Shown here: positions 34,801-46,235 of the stretch, in pieces
Position numbering within the stretch: the first letter of the stretch is position 1
How the letters are laid out: each line of letters opens with the position of its first letter
Assembly: GCF_000143415.4 (NCBI RefSeq)
Contig: NW_003314308.1
Span: 819,769 to 883,768 of the forward strand
From: Selaginella moellendorffii
Taxonomy: Eukaryota; Plantae; Lycopodiophyta
DNA length: 64,000 bases
Reading direction: 5' to 3'
Made by a program: the position numbers and the translations under genes
The notes under the pieces: generated by a model
What the model saw: the letters and a program-made list of their open reading frames with translations, nothing else
Databases searched by the model: none
What the model was told of the DNA's origin: nothing

Positions 34801-36984
34801 TAGAACGCGCGAAACCAGAGTGGCACAGCAGAAGCGTGGTCTTGAAGCTTGCCATGAGGCAAGGCTATTAAGGTTGGGGAAGTAGTTCCCAAGTGTTCAA
34901 AGAGAGGGCTTTGAACCAAAGTCGATGGTCAAGGACTTTCACGCTTATGCAGGAACCATGTTACGGTGGTCGGAAGACTTGCCAAGCGAGATTGGCAAGT
35001 CGGGGGAACAAATACCCTAGTTGAAGGTGATAACTTAAAAAAGGGTGGGCCATGGGGCCAAGTATGGAGGAGTCCATGCATGATCACAGACGTGTCAAGT
35101 GAGAGGACTTGGCAGTGTGGAGGAACTAGGTTCCTAAGCTATGATCTATAGCGCGCTTTGAGTAAAAGTTGGTGCACCGGCGTGGAAAGTCACGCCAGGC
35201 ATCCTGGGTGATGCCATCCGTAGATGCATATACGGAGGTTGGGTTCGAGTCCCGACCCTCTAGTGCTTGGGTTCGAGTCCCAAATCACTAGGGCGTGGTG
35301 ATGGTTTGGAATATGAGGACACTCATTTTTCGGTGGTCATGGGCTCTCAATGAGGAGATTGGGTTGGGCACACCACCAAGCGAGGGATGCCTCGGAGTCG
35401 TGATGCACGGTTAGATTGCTTAGAGTGAAAGCTCGGCATATCTAACTTGAACACTTTGGTGCAAAGGGCACCAAGGACGTGGTGAATGAGATGGGGACAC
35501 CCAATCTTAGTTGCTATGGATCCTTGGCCGGAAGGGCTAGCTTGGGCGCACCGCTAAGTGTGGGGGATGCCCCCGGGGTCATGGTCAACAACTTGAAGGT
35601 CTAGAAGACCAAGTACCTCTTGGCAACTCTATTAAGGTGCCAAGGTGAGATCACTAAGTGATCTTGTGGCTAAATAAGGACAAGGTCCTTGGTTGGCTAA
35701 GGAATGAAGTTCTTGGTTCAAAGTGTTGATTTAAACTATTGATAATGGTGTGGCTTGGTCAAGGTGACTAAGTGGGAAGGACACCTAAGGGAAATGAACT
35801 ACGACAATACAATGGTATTATGAGTTCAAAGTGGTCTCTAGGAAAGACCTATGGGAAGGTCACAAAGTTGGGCCAAGGAAGGGGCCCATAGCAAAAAATG
35901 CTAAAGAGACCTACTAAGGGTGAACACCCTCTGGACTTGGCAAAGTGGAGCTTTGCCATGGAACCAAAAGAATACCTCAAGGAGGGAGGTAGTGATCCTG
36001 TGTTGCTTGATGTAACAATCAATGGATAGGAGCAAAAGACTAGTGGCCAAGTTTGGGCCATGGAATTGAATGGGAGGAATCCAAATGGCAAAGTTAGCTA
36101 AGGAACACTAATGTGTTTGATGTTAACAGATTGCGGGAAAGGAAGTGGACTTCCAAAAATAGATTCCCAAGTGCTCCAATTTGGCGAAGTAAAAACTCCA
36201 AGTGAGGAGCGGCAAAGTAACCAAAGGATAGGGCCATAGACAGCCCTGGCACAAATGAGGATAATTGGAATGTAGTGCCAAGGGTGGCACAAAATAGAAA
36301 AAAGGATGATGGTGCCCTCAAGTAGAGAACTTCCTAGGATAGGGAAGTGGACTTGCACAATATGTGCAATGCAAGGTGTTGGAGACACCTAGGAAATTGA
36401 CTTCAAACAGTCAAAAGTAAATGTTCCAAAGTGCAAAGGTTATGTCGATGGAAACTGAGACTACCCAAGAAGTAGCGGGATTGAGATATAGACGGTGTCT
36501 CTAATAGGTTTAGCGAAAACTAAACCAATAAAAGGAGAGAACCACTACAAATGGTCTAATCAGTCTCTAAGTTGGAGAGAGTATCCTCTTTAGAGGATGG
36601 GCAAGGCATGGCAAGCTTTCAGTATCAAACCATTGACGAATATTGGCGAGGGGCCAAAGATGGAAATGGTAATACAAATTGGTATTACTTTATAAAATAG
36701 TTTATCGTTCAATGAGGACATCGAATTTCGTCGATGGGTGGTGGAGTTGTGAGACACAAGATCCCTAGACCCCAAAGTGGAGCCGGAAAGGGTGCTACGT
36801 GGTACTGGCCGAAGCGAAAGCCAAACGAGCGTAACACGTTTGGACTAAAAGCTCTGACTTGGAAGGTCGAGAGCAGGAGTGGAACTCCCAACAAAGTGCT
36901 CGAGGAGTGAGCACGAGGTGACCAATAAGCAAGGCTCCAAAAAGAGACCCAAAAAGGACCAACACATGACATGTGGAAGTGTCT

Positions 36985-37468
36985 GAGATGGATCCAAGAT
37001 GGACCCGAGATGGAGTCCGAGATGGACCCGAAGTGGAGTCTGAGATGGACCCGAAGTGGAGTCCGAGATGGAGTCCAAGATGGACCCGAGATGGAGTTCA
37101 AGATGGACCTGAGTTGGAGTCCGAGATGGACCCGAAGTGGAGTCCGAGATGGACCCGAGATGGAGTCCGAGATGGACCCGAGATGGAGTCCGAGATGGAC
37201 CTGAAGTGGAGTCCGAGATGGAGTCTGAGATGGACCCGAGATGGAGTCCGAGATGGACCCGAGATGGAGTCCTAGATGGACCCGAGATGGAGTCCTAGAT
37301 GGACCCGAGATGGAGTCCAAGATGGACCTGAGATGGAGTCCGGGATGGAGTCTGAGATGGACCCGAGATGGAGTCCGAGATGGAACCGAGACCGAGACGG
37401 AGTCCGAGTCCGAAACCGGGACTAAGACCGAGTTCGAGTCCGAGTTCAAGTCCAAGTCCGAGTCCGAT
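36985..37468 (+). repeat. Longer version of the same minisatellite in the 3' LTR
   Basis: Directly visible tandem units, grading into CCGAGT hexamers. Confidence 0.95.
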
Positions 37469-39986
37469 TACTAATACAGGTAGTTGGGTGAAAGCCAAAA
37501 GCGATCGTCCCCCAGGGGGGGGGGGCTGCAGGGGGTTCCAAAAGTATAGTAGGGAGAGTGTGGGGGTTAGAGCCCAGTGGAACCAGTTTGGCCAGGAAAG
37601 GCCAGTTTGGCCCAGGAAAGGCAAGTTTGGCCCAGGAAGGCCATACCTAATGTTGGGTGATGAACGGACCACTAGGAAGTCCAAAACTAGAGTGAATACG
37701 GACTGACAAGCAGGGTAGCTTGGTGAAGTGTTCAAGAGCCAGCTCTAGTTCCCCCAAGAGATCGACTGGCTGATGCTTCCAGTCCAAGTGTGGGTGGCAC
37801 TATCTACTTGGATACCAGGCATGGCTCAACGGAACTTCGCTCTAAGCCCATGGCTAAAGCACCCAAAGGCGGAAGGCGGGGAGAGTACCCAGGAGGCCCG
37901 CGTAGGGCCACGGTGTTCCGAAATGTTGTCCTAAAGTCCTAGGCTATGGAAAGGAAGAGCAGTGATCCTTTGGTGTGGTGACCAATGACACAGTCATGTG
38001 GTGAGGAAGTCCCAGAGGACAGTGGGACTTGGTGGTCGGGCCTATGGGCCTTGATTCAGTGGCAATGTTGGTGAACACGGCCATGGACAGAAAAGGATCT
38101 TGGTGGGGACTGTTAAAGGGATATTGGGGAAGGTTATTCCCCATGTCTGCGGGCATCTTAAGGATGCTAAGGAGTGGACCTAGGATGGTCACTCATGGAC
38201 AGATGGCCCAGTCTTTGAGAGACGGGACTGCGTTGCAGGTGGTGTTGGACCACCGATGTGACCAAGGTGAATGGGCATGGCCTTAGTGTAACGGGCCAGT
38301 ATGTCAGTGGTACCTTGGGGTGTTGGTCATGGGATCGGACACGTGGAGCACTTGGACCAAGTGCAAAGGTTGAGTGGCGGGGATGCCATTCATGGGGCTA
38401 GCAAGCCCAAGTCCGAAATAGGACTTATGGAGGTTGTGAGTGAGACTCCTCCAAGTGGTCAGAGGTGTGGTTAAGTGACTAAAGTAGAATGGAAAAATTA
38501 GTCGCTTACACATGCATTGCTGCTCTGCCTAAATATCCATCCCGTGGAAGAAAATAATACATTTTCGCATCGCAATATGCTTGACACACAGGTGTTGCCC
38601 CACATTTATGACATCTAAACCTTGTAGCAACCTTATCACGCCTAGGGGGATTGATTGCTTAGCCTTCAAAAAAACACATATTTTTACTATGATTAGAAAT
38701 GCATTTCTCAGCGATACACTGAAGTTGTCCACCACAATGGACTATGGATACAGATCCATCGAAATAAGAGAAGTGGGTTGTCTTTACTCTGCACCAATTA
38801 TGTGGATCAAGATGTGTCTCCATACCCCTTTTCCTACTTGCTGAATTGGCCAGTGGAAACTCAAAGAATATATTCCCATTATAGGAAGAAGGAAGCTCCT
38901 CACTTCTTATGTACTTGAACTCCTCAATTCTAGCCATAATGATCGAGATTGCCGAAATGCATTATCCACTGTTTCAAAAATTGGTCCAAAAGGAATGCTC
39001 CTACTTGTCTGGGAAGCTATGTCAGGAAGCTCATCTTCTTCATTTTCGTCACTGGAGAGAATAACAACTTCATCCTTTACTCCTTGCACAGTTGGTTGTG
39101 AAGCTGATGCGCTCTCCTCTCCTCCCTTCAGAGATCTTGTAACTAAAATTTCCTGACCTGTACATCTATCAAGATCCCATTGAATCCCATTCTCTCCTAC
39201 ACCATTGTCGAGAAGAATGGATTTTTCTATTTGATTACCCTTATCCCGACATATATTCTCCAAACTAACTGATCTTGGCTTCAACTTGAATTTTTTGCAG
39301 AGGAAGTTCTCTCCTATAACACTCTTAGAGAAAACAATTGGAAGCTCTTAATCGAACTTCAAGTAGAATTCTCTCATATCTTTTCCTTGCTCAAGCACTT
39401 AGAAAAAATCTGGGGAGAAATTGACAAGAAAGAACAAAGATATTCTTCTGTATTGTGAGCATTAACTAGCTGTGTCCTTGCAAGGACAAGTTAATTATTT
39501 TAACAAAATATACAACCGTTTAGAATCTAGAGAGATATGAGAATCTTAAAGATCCACCCATATTTATTGTATAATTGATTGTGAGAGGAATAATATTGTT
39601 GAAATGAATGTGGTTATGAGTGAGAAGCGCCAGTCAATCACAAAAGTTGTAACATTGATTGCTTGTTCTCCCTCTCATCTCCATACTCTCTTCCCTTCAA
39701 AAGAGTTTTATTCTTTTGTGACAAGTGAGAGAAAGTCAAGCTCGGAAAGGTTGGTTTGTGCATGGTTTTTTCTTGATTGAAGCATTGAAGCATTGAAGCA
39801 CATTGAAGTGTTAAATGATTGTGTCCATTGATTGCCATCAAAGAGAATGAAAATCATGACCATTGATTGTTGCGTCTATTGATTTTTAGGGTTTTACATC
39901 TAGGGTTTGAGTAGCAAAGGGCGAAAGAAAGCGTTTCAACTTAGCAATGTGCTTCAAGATGCTCCTCAAACAAGGTATGCTTCATT

Positions 39987-40509
39987 GAGAAGGTCGGTTC
40001 CCATGCAAACCAACATCTTCTCACTTTCTTTCTTCCATGAGAAATTTTCTGTTTTCTCAACTTTTGTTTCTTCTTGAGGGATAGAGATGTCGATTCTTGT
40101 GCAAACCGACATCTCCTAGCATTCTATTTCATTTTCTGTTTAGTTTTTTGCTCATCTCTACTTCGTTTTTTTTATTTTTTTTCCTTGTTGAAAGGGTGGG
40201 AAAGATCGGTTCATGCGTGAACCGACATCTCCCCACCTTCAGTTTTTCTAGAAGTGAGTTTTCTTGGTTTTTTTCATATTTCTAGTGGTGAGATCTCTAT
40301 ATTTTAGAAAACATAGAGAGATAGAAATATCGGTTCTTATGTGAACCAACATCTTCAAGGGTTTATTTTTTAATTCATTGACTTGATGTGGCATTTCATG
40401 TGAAAATAAGAAGATGTCGGTTCTTGAACTGACCTCTTTTGTATTCTTGTTGTGTTTTTCCTTTTTCTTGAGAGGTAGGGTGAGGTTAGTTCGCATGCAA
40501 ACCAACCTC
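39987..40509. repeat. Array of six spaced palindromes (consensus GAGATGTCGGTT-N4..9-AACCGACATCTC)
   Basis: Units at about 39987, 40084, 40195, 40323, 40411 and 40482, separated by AT-rich unique spacers. Confidence 0.8.
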
Positions 40510-40719
40510 TCCCAATGACTTGTGTTTTTTTCCTTTTTATTTCTTATAGTTTACAATCTATTTTTCACATCTTTTACTTACAAACTTTTCTTGTGAGAGC
40601 AGATATAAATCAAGCTTGATTGCTTGGAACTTCCAACAAAGGACTTGAACTTAAAATGCCACAAGTTTTTTTTACATTACAAGTTAGATGTTATAATATT
40701 TTTGTTTTTTATTTTAGAG

Positions 40720-43500
40720 GAAGCGCCGAGGCCAGCCTCAATGGTCTTGGTCTCCAGGAAAAGGCAGCTGCCTTGATCACTGTGGGCTTGGCTAATTGAG
40801 TGGAGATTCATCTCAAGTATCCAATGAAGTTTTTGTTAGTCATATTGGAGGCAATGATGAGCATAACAACAACGTGGATGTTGAGATGGACACTCAAATC
40901 GATGTTGGTGTTATTGAGATTATTGGTACTAGTGCTCTTGAGGCTGCAGCTACTGGTGGTAGGGTACTTGTGTCTGATGTTGGTGGTGGTGGCGTACTTG
41001 TGTCTGATGTTGGTGGTGGTGGGGGTGTTGTACCTTTGGTTGTTGAGGCTGCTCGTGACGAGGTAGATGAACCAGTTGAGGAGGTTATTGGTAGCGTTGT
41101 AGGTGGATCTACTGTAGAGGCTACTAGGGGCATGGTAGCTGCTCCTATTGCTCCTCAAGCTGGTGGTATAGGGGGAGCTAGTGGTGGTGAGGGATTATGC
41201 ATGCATGATTCTGACACCATCTTGAATGATCTTGTTCTAGGCATGATTATCCAAGCTCAAGAATGGACAGTTAATAAAGTATTATCGGAAATGGCATGGA
41301 ATGGCCTTCATTGATTTTTAGTTCCTTTGTGCCAGTTGGTTCAAAGCCATTGGGTGCACTTAGTTTACGACCTCAACATGGCTATCTACAACTCCTTTGC
41401 CGAGGTCAGGTTTGGTACCTTCATCGTTTCACCAACTTTCCCTAGAACCTGCCAGATAGAGTTAGTGACTATTGAACTTGAGGAAAATGGGATCCTATAT
41501 GGCTGCAAAAGTCTTGTGAGTTTGATGGATTTTTAGGACAACATGTGGAGACAGCAGGGTTCATCAGAAAAGTCTTTTGGGTGATCAATAGAAACCATAG
41601 GTGGCTGGCATTTTGGAAGTGCATTCAAGAGAAGTTCCGAGATGACGAAGAATGACACATTAGTGTTCTTGTCACACTTGTTGAACCAATGATTCGAGAG
41701 CACACTGTGAAGCTCAACATGGCATGCCATAAGATCAACATGTAAGAATTTATTTTTTGTAAACTTAGCCAATATCGTGTTTGTGCAGGCTAAACCAATT
41801 TGCGTTTCAAGCTCATATATTAGTACATGACATTGAGCACCTTTGGTTTATCGGCATACTCTCGCTAAAGGAGGTCCAAATGTTGTACAATCGTGAGGTA
41901 TTTGAAGCAATTCAAGTGAAGCTAATAACTAGGAAAGGCCAAGAATTGCAAATTTAGTACTAGCTACCACTTGATTTTTTAGTTGCTATCTGGGTGAAGG
42001 TAAATTAGTATTGAAGTATGTATCAACTTACATAATGTTTCTTGCAGCCCATAATCAAAGGAGAAAGATCCTCATTCTTTAAAAATGCTTGAGGGAACTG
42101 TAAGCTCCTGAGTTTGGACTTCCCGGAAGGTCACTCAGCCCAGTACTATTCAAACCCAAGGACGTTTAACCCCAAATATCCCAAGACCCTTAACCGATTA
42201 GAAAAGGGGGTGCACTTTTGTTCATGGGCCCTTTCCCTCTATATTTGAACCCCTATGGATCGTCTCTCGAGTTGTTCCCTTTGGTTGCTTACAATCCACC
42301 ATGCTTCCCTGCAAGTTCACACCCTCGTGAATGGAAGCTGAGAGCCGCAACTCTCCTGAGAGCCCTGCTCTTTTGACACCCTACCCCTCGGGTCGAGCCC
42401 AGTGGGAGCAAATTGGACCAGCCAGATGTCAATCAACCTGTGGTGTGATTCCTTAGCCAACCAACAGAGTCGGACTCAAGACCTCTATGATACCAAATGT
42501 AAGCTCCTGAGTTTGGACTTCCCGGGAAGTCCAAATTCAGGAGCTTACAAGAACAAGCAGCAAAGGAGATGGAGTGGCATGCGATTGAGCAGTGAATTTT
42601 GAATACGAAGAGAACAAAGGTGAAAAAGTTGCTCTTGATTGCAGATATACGACGGGCTTTCACGTGGTGGGACAAGTTCAGCTGAGTTAAGGAACCAACC
42701 AGGACACCCATTTCTTGCGAGGTGTATGGTTTACAGATATTTTCTCAATTCTCATTTATATATTGGTATTTATATTTTTGTTTTACTTTGTAGATATTTA
42801 AAATATTGCCCCGGCGCACCAGTATACACAACTAGTGTTTTGCAGAAGCTCTTAACTAGAGGTAAGAAGCTTGGGATGTATGAGCTAGAGTTTTACTATC
42901 CTTGTACACATGAAAGGGAGCTATACCCATGGTACCTTGAACTCGTGGAGCAGATGCCAACATCGGACTTCGAGCTAGATCTCTACCTTGAATGTCATCT
43001 AAGTTCACTTGAAAATTAGCATTTAGTTAGGGAATATTAACCTTGAGTTATATTCTTATTTTCTAAAGGCTCTTTTTGATTGTGATAACGACGTTGTTGA
43101 AGTTCAACAACTAAACCCAAGAGTCCACACTCAGGAAACCATTTAGGAGATGCCAAATCCAAATACCGTTGAACTAGAGGAAACTGTATAGAAAGTTCCA
43201 GCACAAGAGATTCTAGTACCTGCTCCTCGCAACCCCCGAGGGGGCCATCGTGAAGCCTTTCATGAGAGTAAGGACTTTGATTTGGAACATTCTTTTATTC
43301 ATTTTTGACTTCACTTTTTTTTTTATAGATGTTGCAGAGAGCAGCCATCAGTCTTCTCGGCGGACTAAGACATTCTTCCCATCCCTCCCTATGGCTATAG
43401 ATGACAACCTGGAAGAGCTCTCCTCTGCAGCTATGCATAAATAGGTTCGTAAGCATGAATTTTATCTCCAACTTTTAGTTCTAATAATTGATTTTCAGGT
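40720..43500 (+). pseudogene. Ulp1-like (C48 SUMO protease) gene remnant, divergent from the MULE-like transposase
   Basis: ILNDLVLGMII...*FLVPLCQLVQSHWVHLVYDLNMAIYNSF fits the Ulp1 LND / P...HW...YDS motifs. Short introns, stops. Boundaries approximate. Confidence 0.55.
42099..42549. mobile_element. 451-bp LTR-derived mini-insertion with 26-bp terminal inverted repeats and a terminal 52-bp palindrome
   Basis: Ends tgtaagctcctgagtttggacttccc...gggaagtccaaattcaggagcttaca. TSD GGAAC/AGAAC. PBS-like tggtatcatag on the minus strand before 42498. Confidence 0.85.
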
Positions 43501-43509
43501 TCACCTTCT

Positions 43510-44706
43510 TGTAAGCCACAAATTTTTCCTTTCCAATTTGCTAGTTTACCTCATCTATCCGACCAACACTGCCTTGGCTTATGCTAAGTTCCCTCGCCAA
43601 GGTTCCCACCTATTGTACCAGCTCCTACTTGGTCCTACTTGGTTTTAGCTACTCACTACACGAGCAACGGAGCGTTAGCCATCCATCCACGAATTCCCAA
43701 ATCTCTCCCAATCCCCCTCCCCGGGTTAGACTGGATTTAAGGTTCGGCTACACTCCCCACAGGCACAAGCAGCCAAGCATACCAAGCCTCCAGGTTCCTA
43801 ACACCCCTTGGTACAACAAGACTTGATCATGGGACCCTCTAAATCCCAAGCTTTGGGTGCAACACTTGCTTCGGGACATTGGGGCGAAACACCGGGGCCT
43901 AATAGCCCGGTATGGGTACCTCTACCCCCCCACTTCCATCCCGAAGGGAAGGCCCAAGCCCCTAGGAAGGGCGAGGACCGATGAGCCACAAGGTACTCAA
44001 GCGGGGCACCACTCCACATGAGCCGGGAGCACCACAATCGGTTTCCCTTTCGGGAGTGGGAGCTGCTCTTGAGCACTTCCCTGGGTGGCCCCTCTAGCAC
44101 CACCCAAGCCCATGCTCACTCCCACCCAAGGCCCCTCGACCCCAGTCTCAACCTCAAGTCAGTTTGGAAGCACCACTGGAGAGTTCCTTCAAGACTGGTT
44201 CCTAGACCTCACTATCCCTACTATACTTTTGGAACCCCCTGCAGCCCCCTCCCCCCTCCCCTGGGAGATGCATGCTTTGGGCTTTCACCCCTTGACCCGT
44301 ATTAGTATTCGGACTCGGTCTCAGACTCGATCTCGGACTCGATCTTGGACCTGACTTCAGACCCGATTTCAGACTAGGTTTCGGACTCAATCTCAGACTC
44401 GATCTCGGACCCGATCTCAGACTTGACTTCGGACTCGACCTCGGACTTGGTCTCGGACCCGATTTGGATCTTGGACTCTGTCTTGAACTCAGTCTCGAAC
44501 TTGGTCTCGAACTCGGTCTCCGATTCAACCTCGGACTCGATCTCAGACCCGATCTCGGACTTGACTTCGGACTCGACCTCGGACTTGGTCTCGGACCTGA
44601 TTTGGATCTTGGACTCTGTCTTGAACTCAGTCTCGAACTTGGTCTCGAACTCAGTCTCCGATTCGACCTCGGACTCGATCCCGGACTCTATCTCGAACTT
44701 GGTCTT
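43510..44706 (-). mobile_element. Partial LTR related to the LARD LTR family, with CCGAGT-type tandem repeats (44308-44706)
   Basis: Terminus ...gtggcttaca on the minus strand. Shares the gggggctgcagggggttccaaaagtatag core with ~37520-37550. Confidence 0.75.
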
Positions 44707-45215
44707 AGAATCCTACGACTTGTTGACGATGTCTCCGGGGGCATCCCCCCACTTAGCGATGTGCCTAAATTAGCCTCCCTGGCCAAGAGCCCATGACAAT
44801 AGAATATAGGTGTCCTTATACCCCTCACCTCACCATGCCCTAGTATGGGGTCGGGACTTGAACCCAGCCTTGCTTTATTAGGGGGTTGGGACTCAAACCC
44901 AACCTCCATAGAATACGTCTACGAATTCGACATCCCCGCGGGGAGTTGGGCGTAATGCCCTATGCCTAGTCGACCTAGCTAACCCATGCTAATTAGCTTA
45001 CCTTCGGCGCGCCTTCAGGTCCCAACATATGCCACTACTCAACTTCACAAATTGATACTTTAATTGAACTTTGCATAAGTACATAGAGTTTTGCTTTGCA
45101 GAAAGTCCTCCACTAGATCTCGCGCGTTCGCTAGGTTCTCCTCCGGTTCCCATGTTGCTTCGTAGTGTGGAAATCTTTTCCACTTCACATGGAACTCTCT
45201 CACCTCGCGTCCTTG

Positions 45216-46235
45216 TCACTTGCTCTTGAGCGCATTGAGGATGGCCTCGACTTCGTATTCCTCTTCCCCTTGGATAACTTTAGGTAAAGGTCTTACTTGG
45301 TCCTTGCGAAGCGGATCCTCAAAGTACAGCTTGAGTAAGTTCACGTGGAACATTGGGTGCATCTTCCCCATCTCTCGAGGAAGTCGGAGACGGTAAGCCA
45401 CTTTACCGATCCGTGCCTCAATCTTGTAAGGCCCCGCGAACCTGCTTAAAGAACTCAAGATTAATTCATTTACAGGAATATATGCATTTTTACCTTTGGG
45501 TCAACTTTCGGCTGATCCCACTTGGTAGCCTGAGGTTCTTGGTGTTCAACCACACCTTCTCCCCAGCTTGGAACTCTATATCCCGGCACTTCTGGTTTGT
45601 GTACTTGGTTTGTCTTTGTTGAGTCCGTTCCAAGGAATCCCTCACTAGATTCCAAATGTTGAGTCTTTCCGCTGTGAATGCCTCCACTGCAGGTAACTCT
45701 CCATGATACTCGGCCATGCCGAGTTCCATAGGACCTTCAATAGCTCGCCCATTGATGACTTCCCATGGACTCACCCCGATACTCGAATGTAGTGAGTTGT
45801 TATAACACATTTCCGCAAGTCCCAAATGACTTACCCAATCGGTCTAGTCTCATGAGACATAGCATCGCAAATAATCCTCCAGCTGCCTATTCACCCTTTT
45901 CGTTTGTCCGTTTGTCAAGAAGTGTTAGTGCCATCAAACTTGACTTAATACCCCATACCTGTCTGTGGGTGATAGGCTGTGCTGAATTTCAACTTGGTGC
46001 GATACTGTTCTAGGAGAGTTCTCCAGAACCTACTAGTGAAGATCTTATCTCGATCTGAGATGATCTCTTCTGGCCTTCCCCGCACTCGAACCACTTGTTC
46101 AAAGAACAGCTTCGCCACACTTTCCGCATCCACTTCTGTTGTGGTGGGTATGAAGTGTGCCATCTTCGAAAATCGGTCTACCACCACGAATATCGTATCG
46201 AACCCCTCGCTTGGGGGGAGTCCCGTGATGAAGTC
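45216..46235 (-). mobile_element. Ty3/Gypsy chromovirus integrase fragment (degenerate)
   Basis: DFITGLP, VVDRFSKMAHF, IISDRD, STAYHPQT, GPY motif, start of a chromodomain EEYEVEAIL. Confidence 0.9.

Larger units (their letters stand above)
31297..38510 (+). mobile_element. Full-length non-autonomous LTR retroelement (LARD-like): LTRs 31297-32698 and 36748-38510, tRNA-iMet PBS 32702-32713, degenerate PPT ~36733-36747
   Basis: TG...CA LTRs, roughly 93% identical in a by-eye sample. 5-bp TSD CATGT/CATGC. About 4 kb of internal sequence with no intact gag/pol. Confidence 0.92.
30341..39284 (-). pseudogene. MULE-like transposase remnant (GCM/WRKY-type Zn domain, DDE-like core, SWIM), split by the LARD at 31297-38510
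   Basis: HNWCRVKTT...CGGQLQC...C, CHKC...C...C...RAAMH|VGYHQH (frame restored across the insertion), WIHFDHMERVSGWST, and degenerate SWIM PSYTYPDF...ACKHIYY. Confidence 0.6.

Noticed and set aside
39987-40509. CRISPR array interpretation of the palindrome/spacer pattern
   Set aside because: Eukaryotic context, degenerate repeats, variable spacer length and no cas genes.
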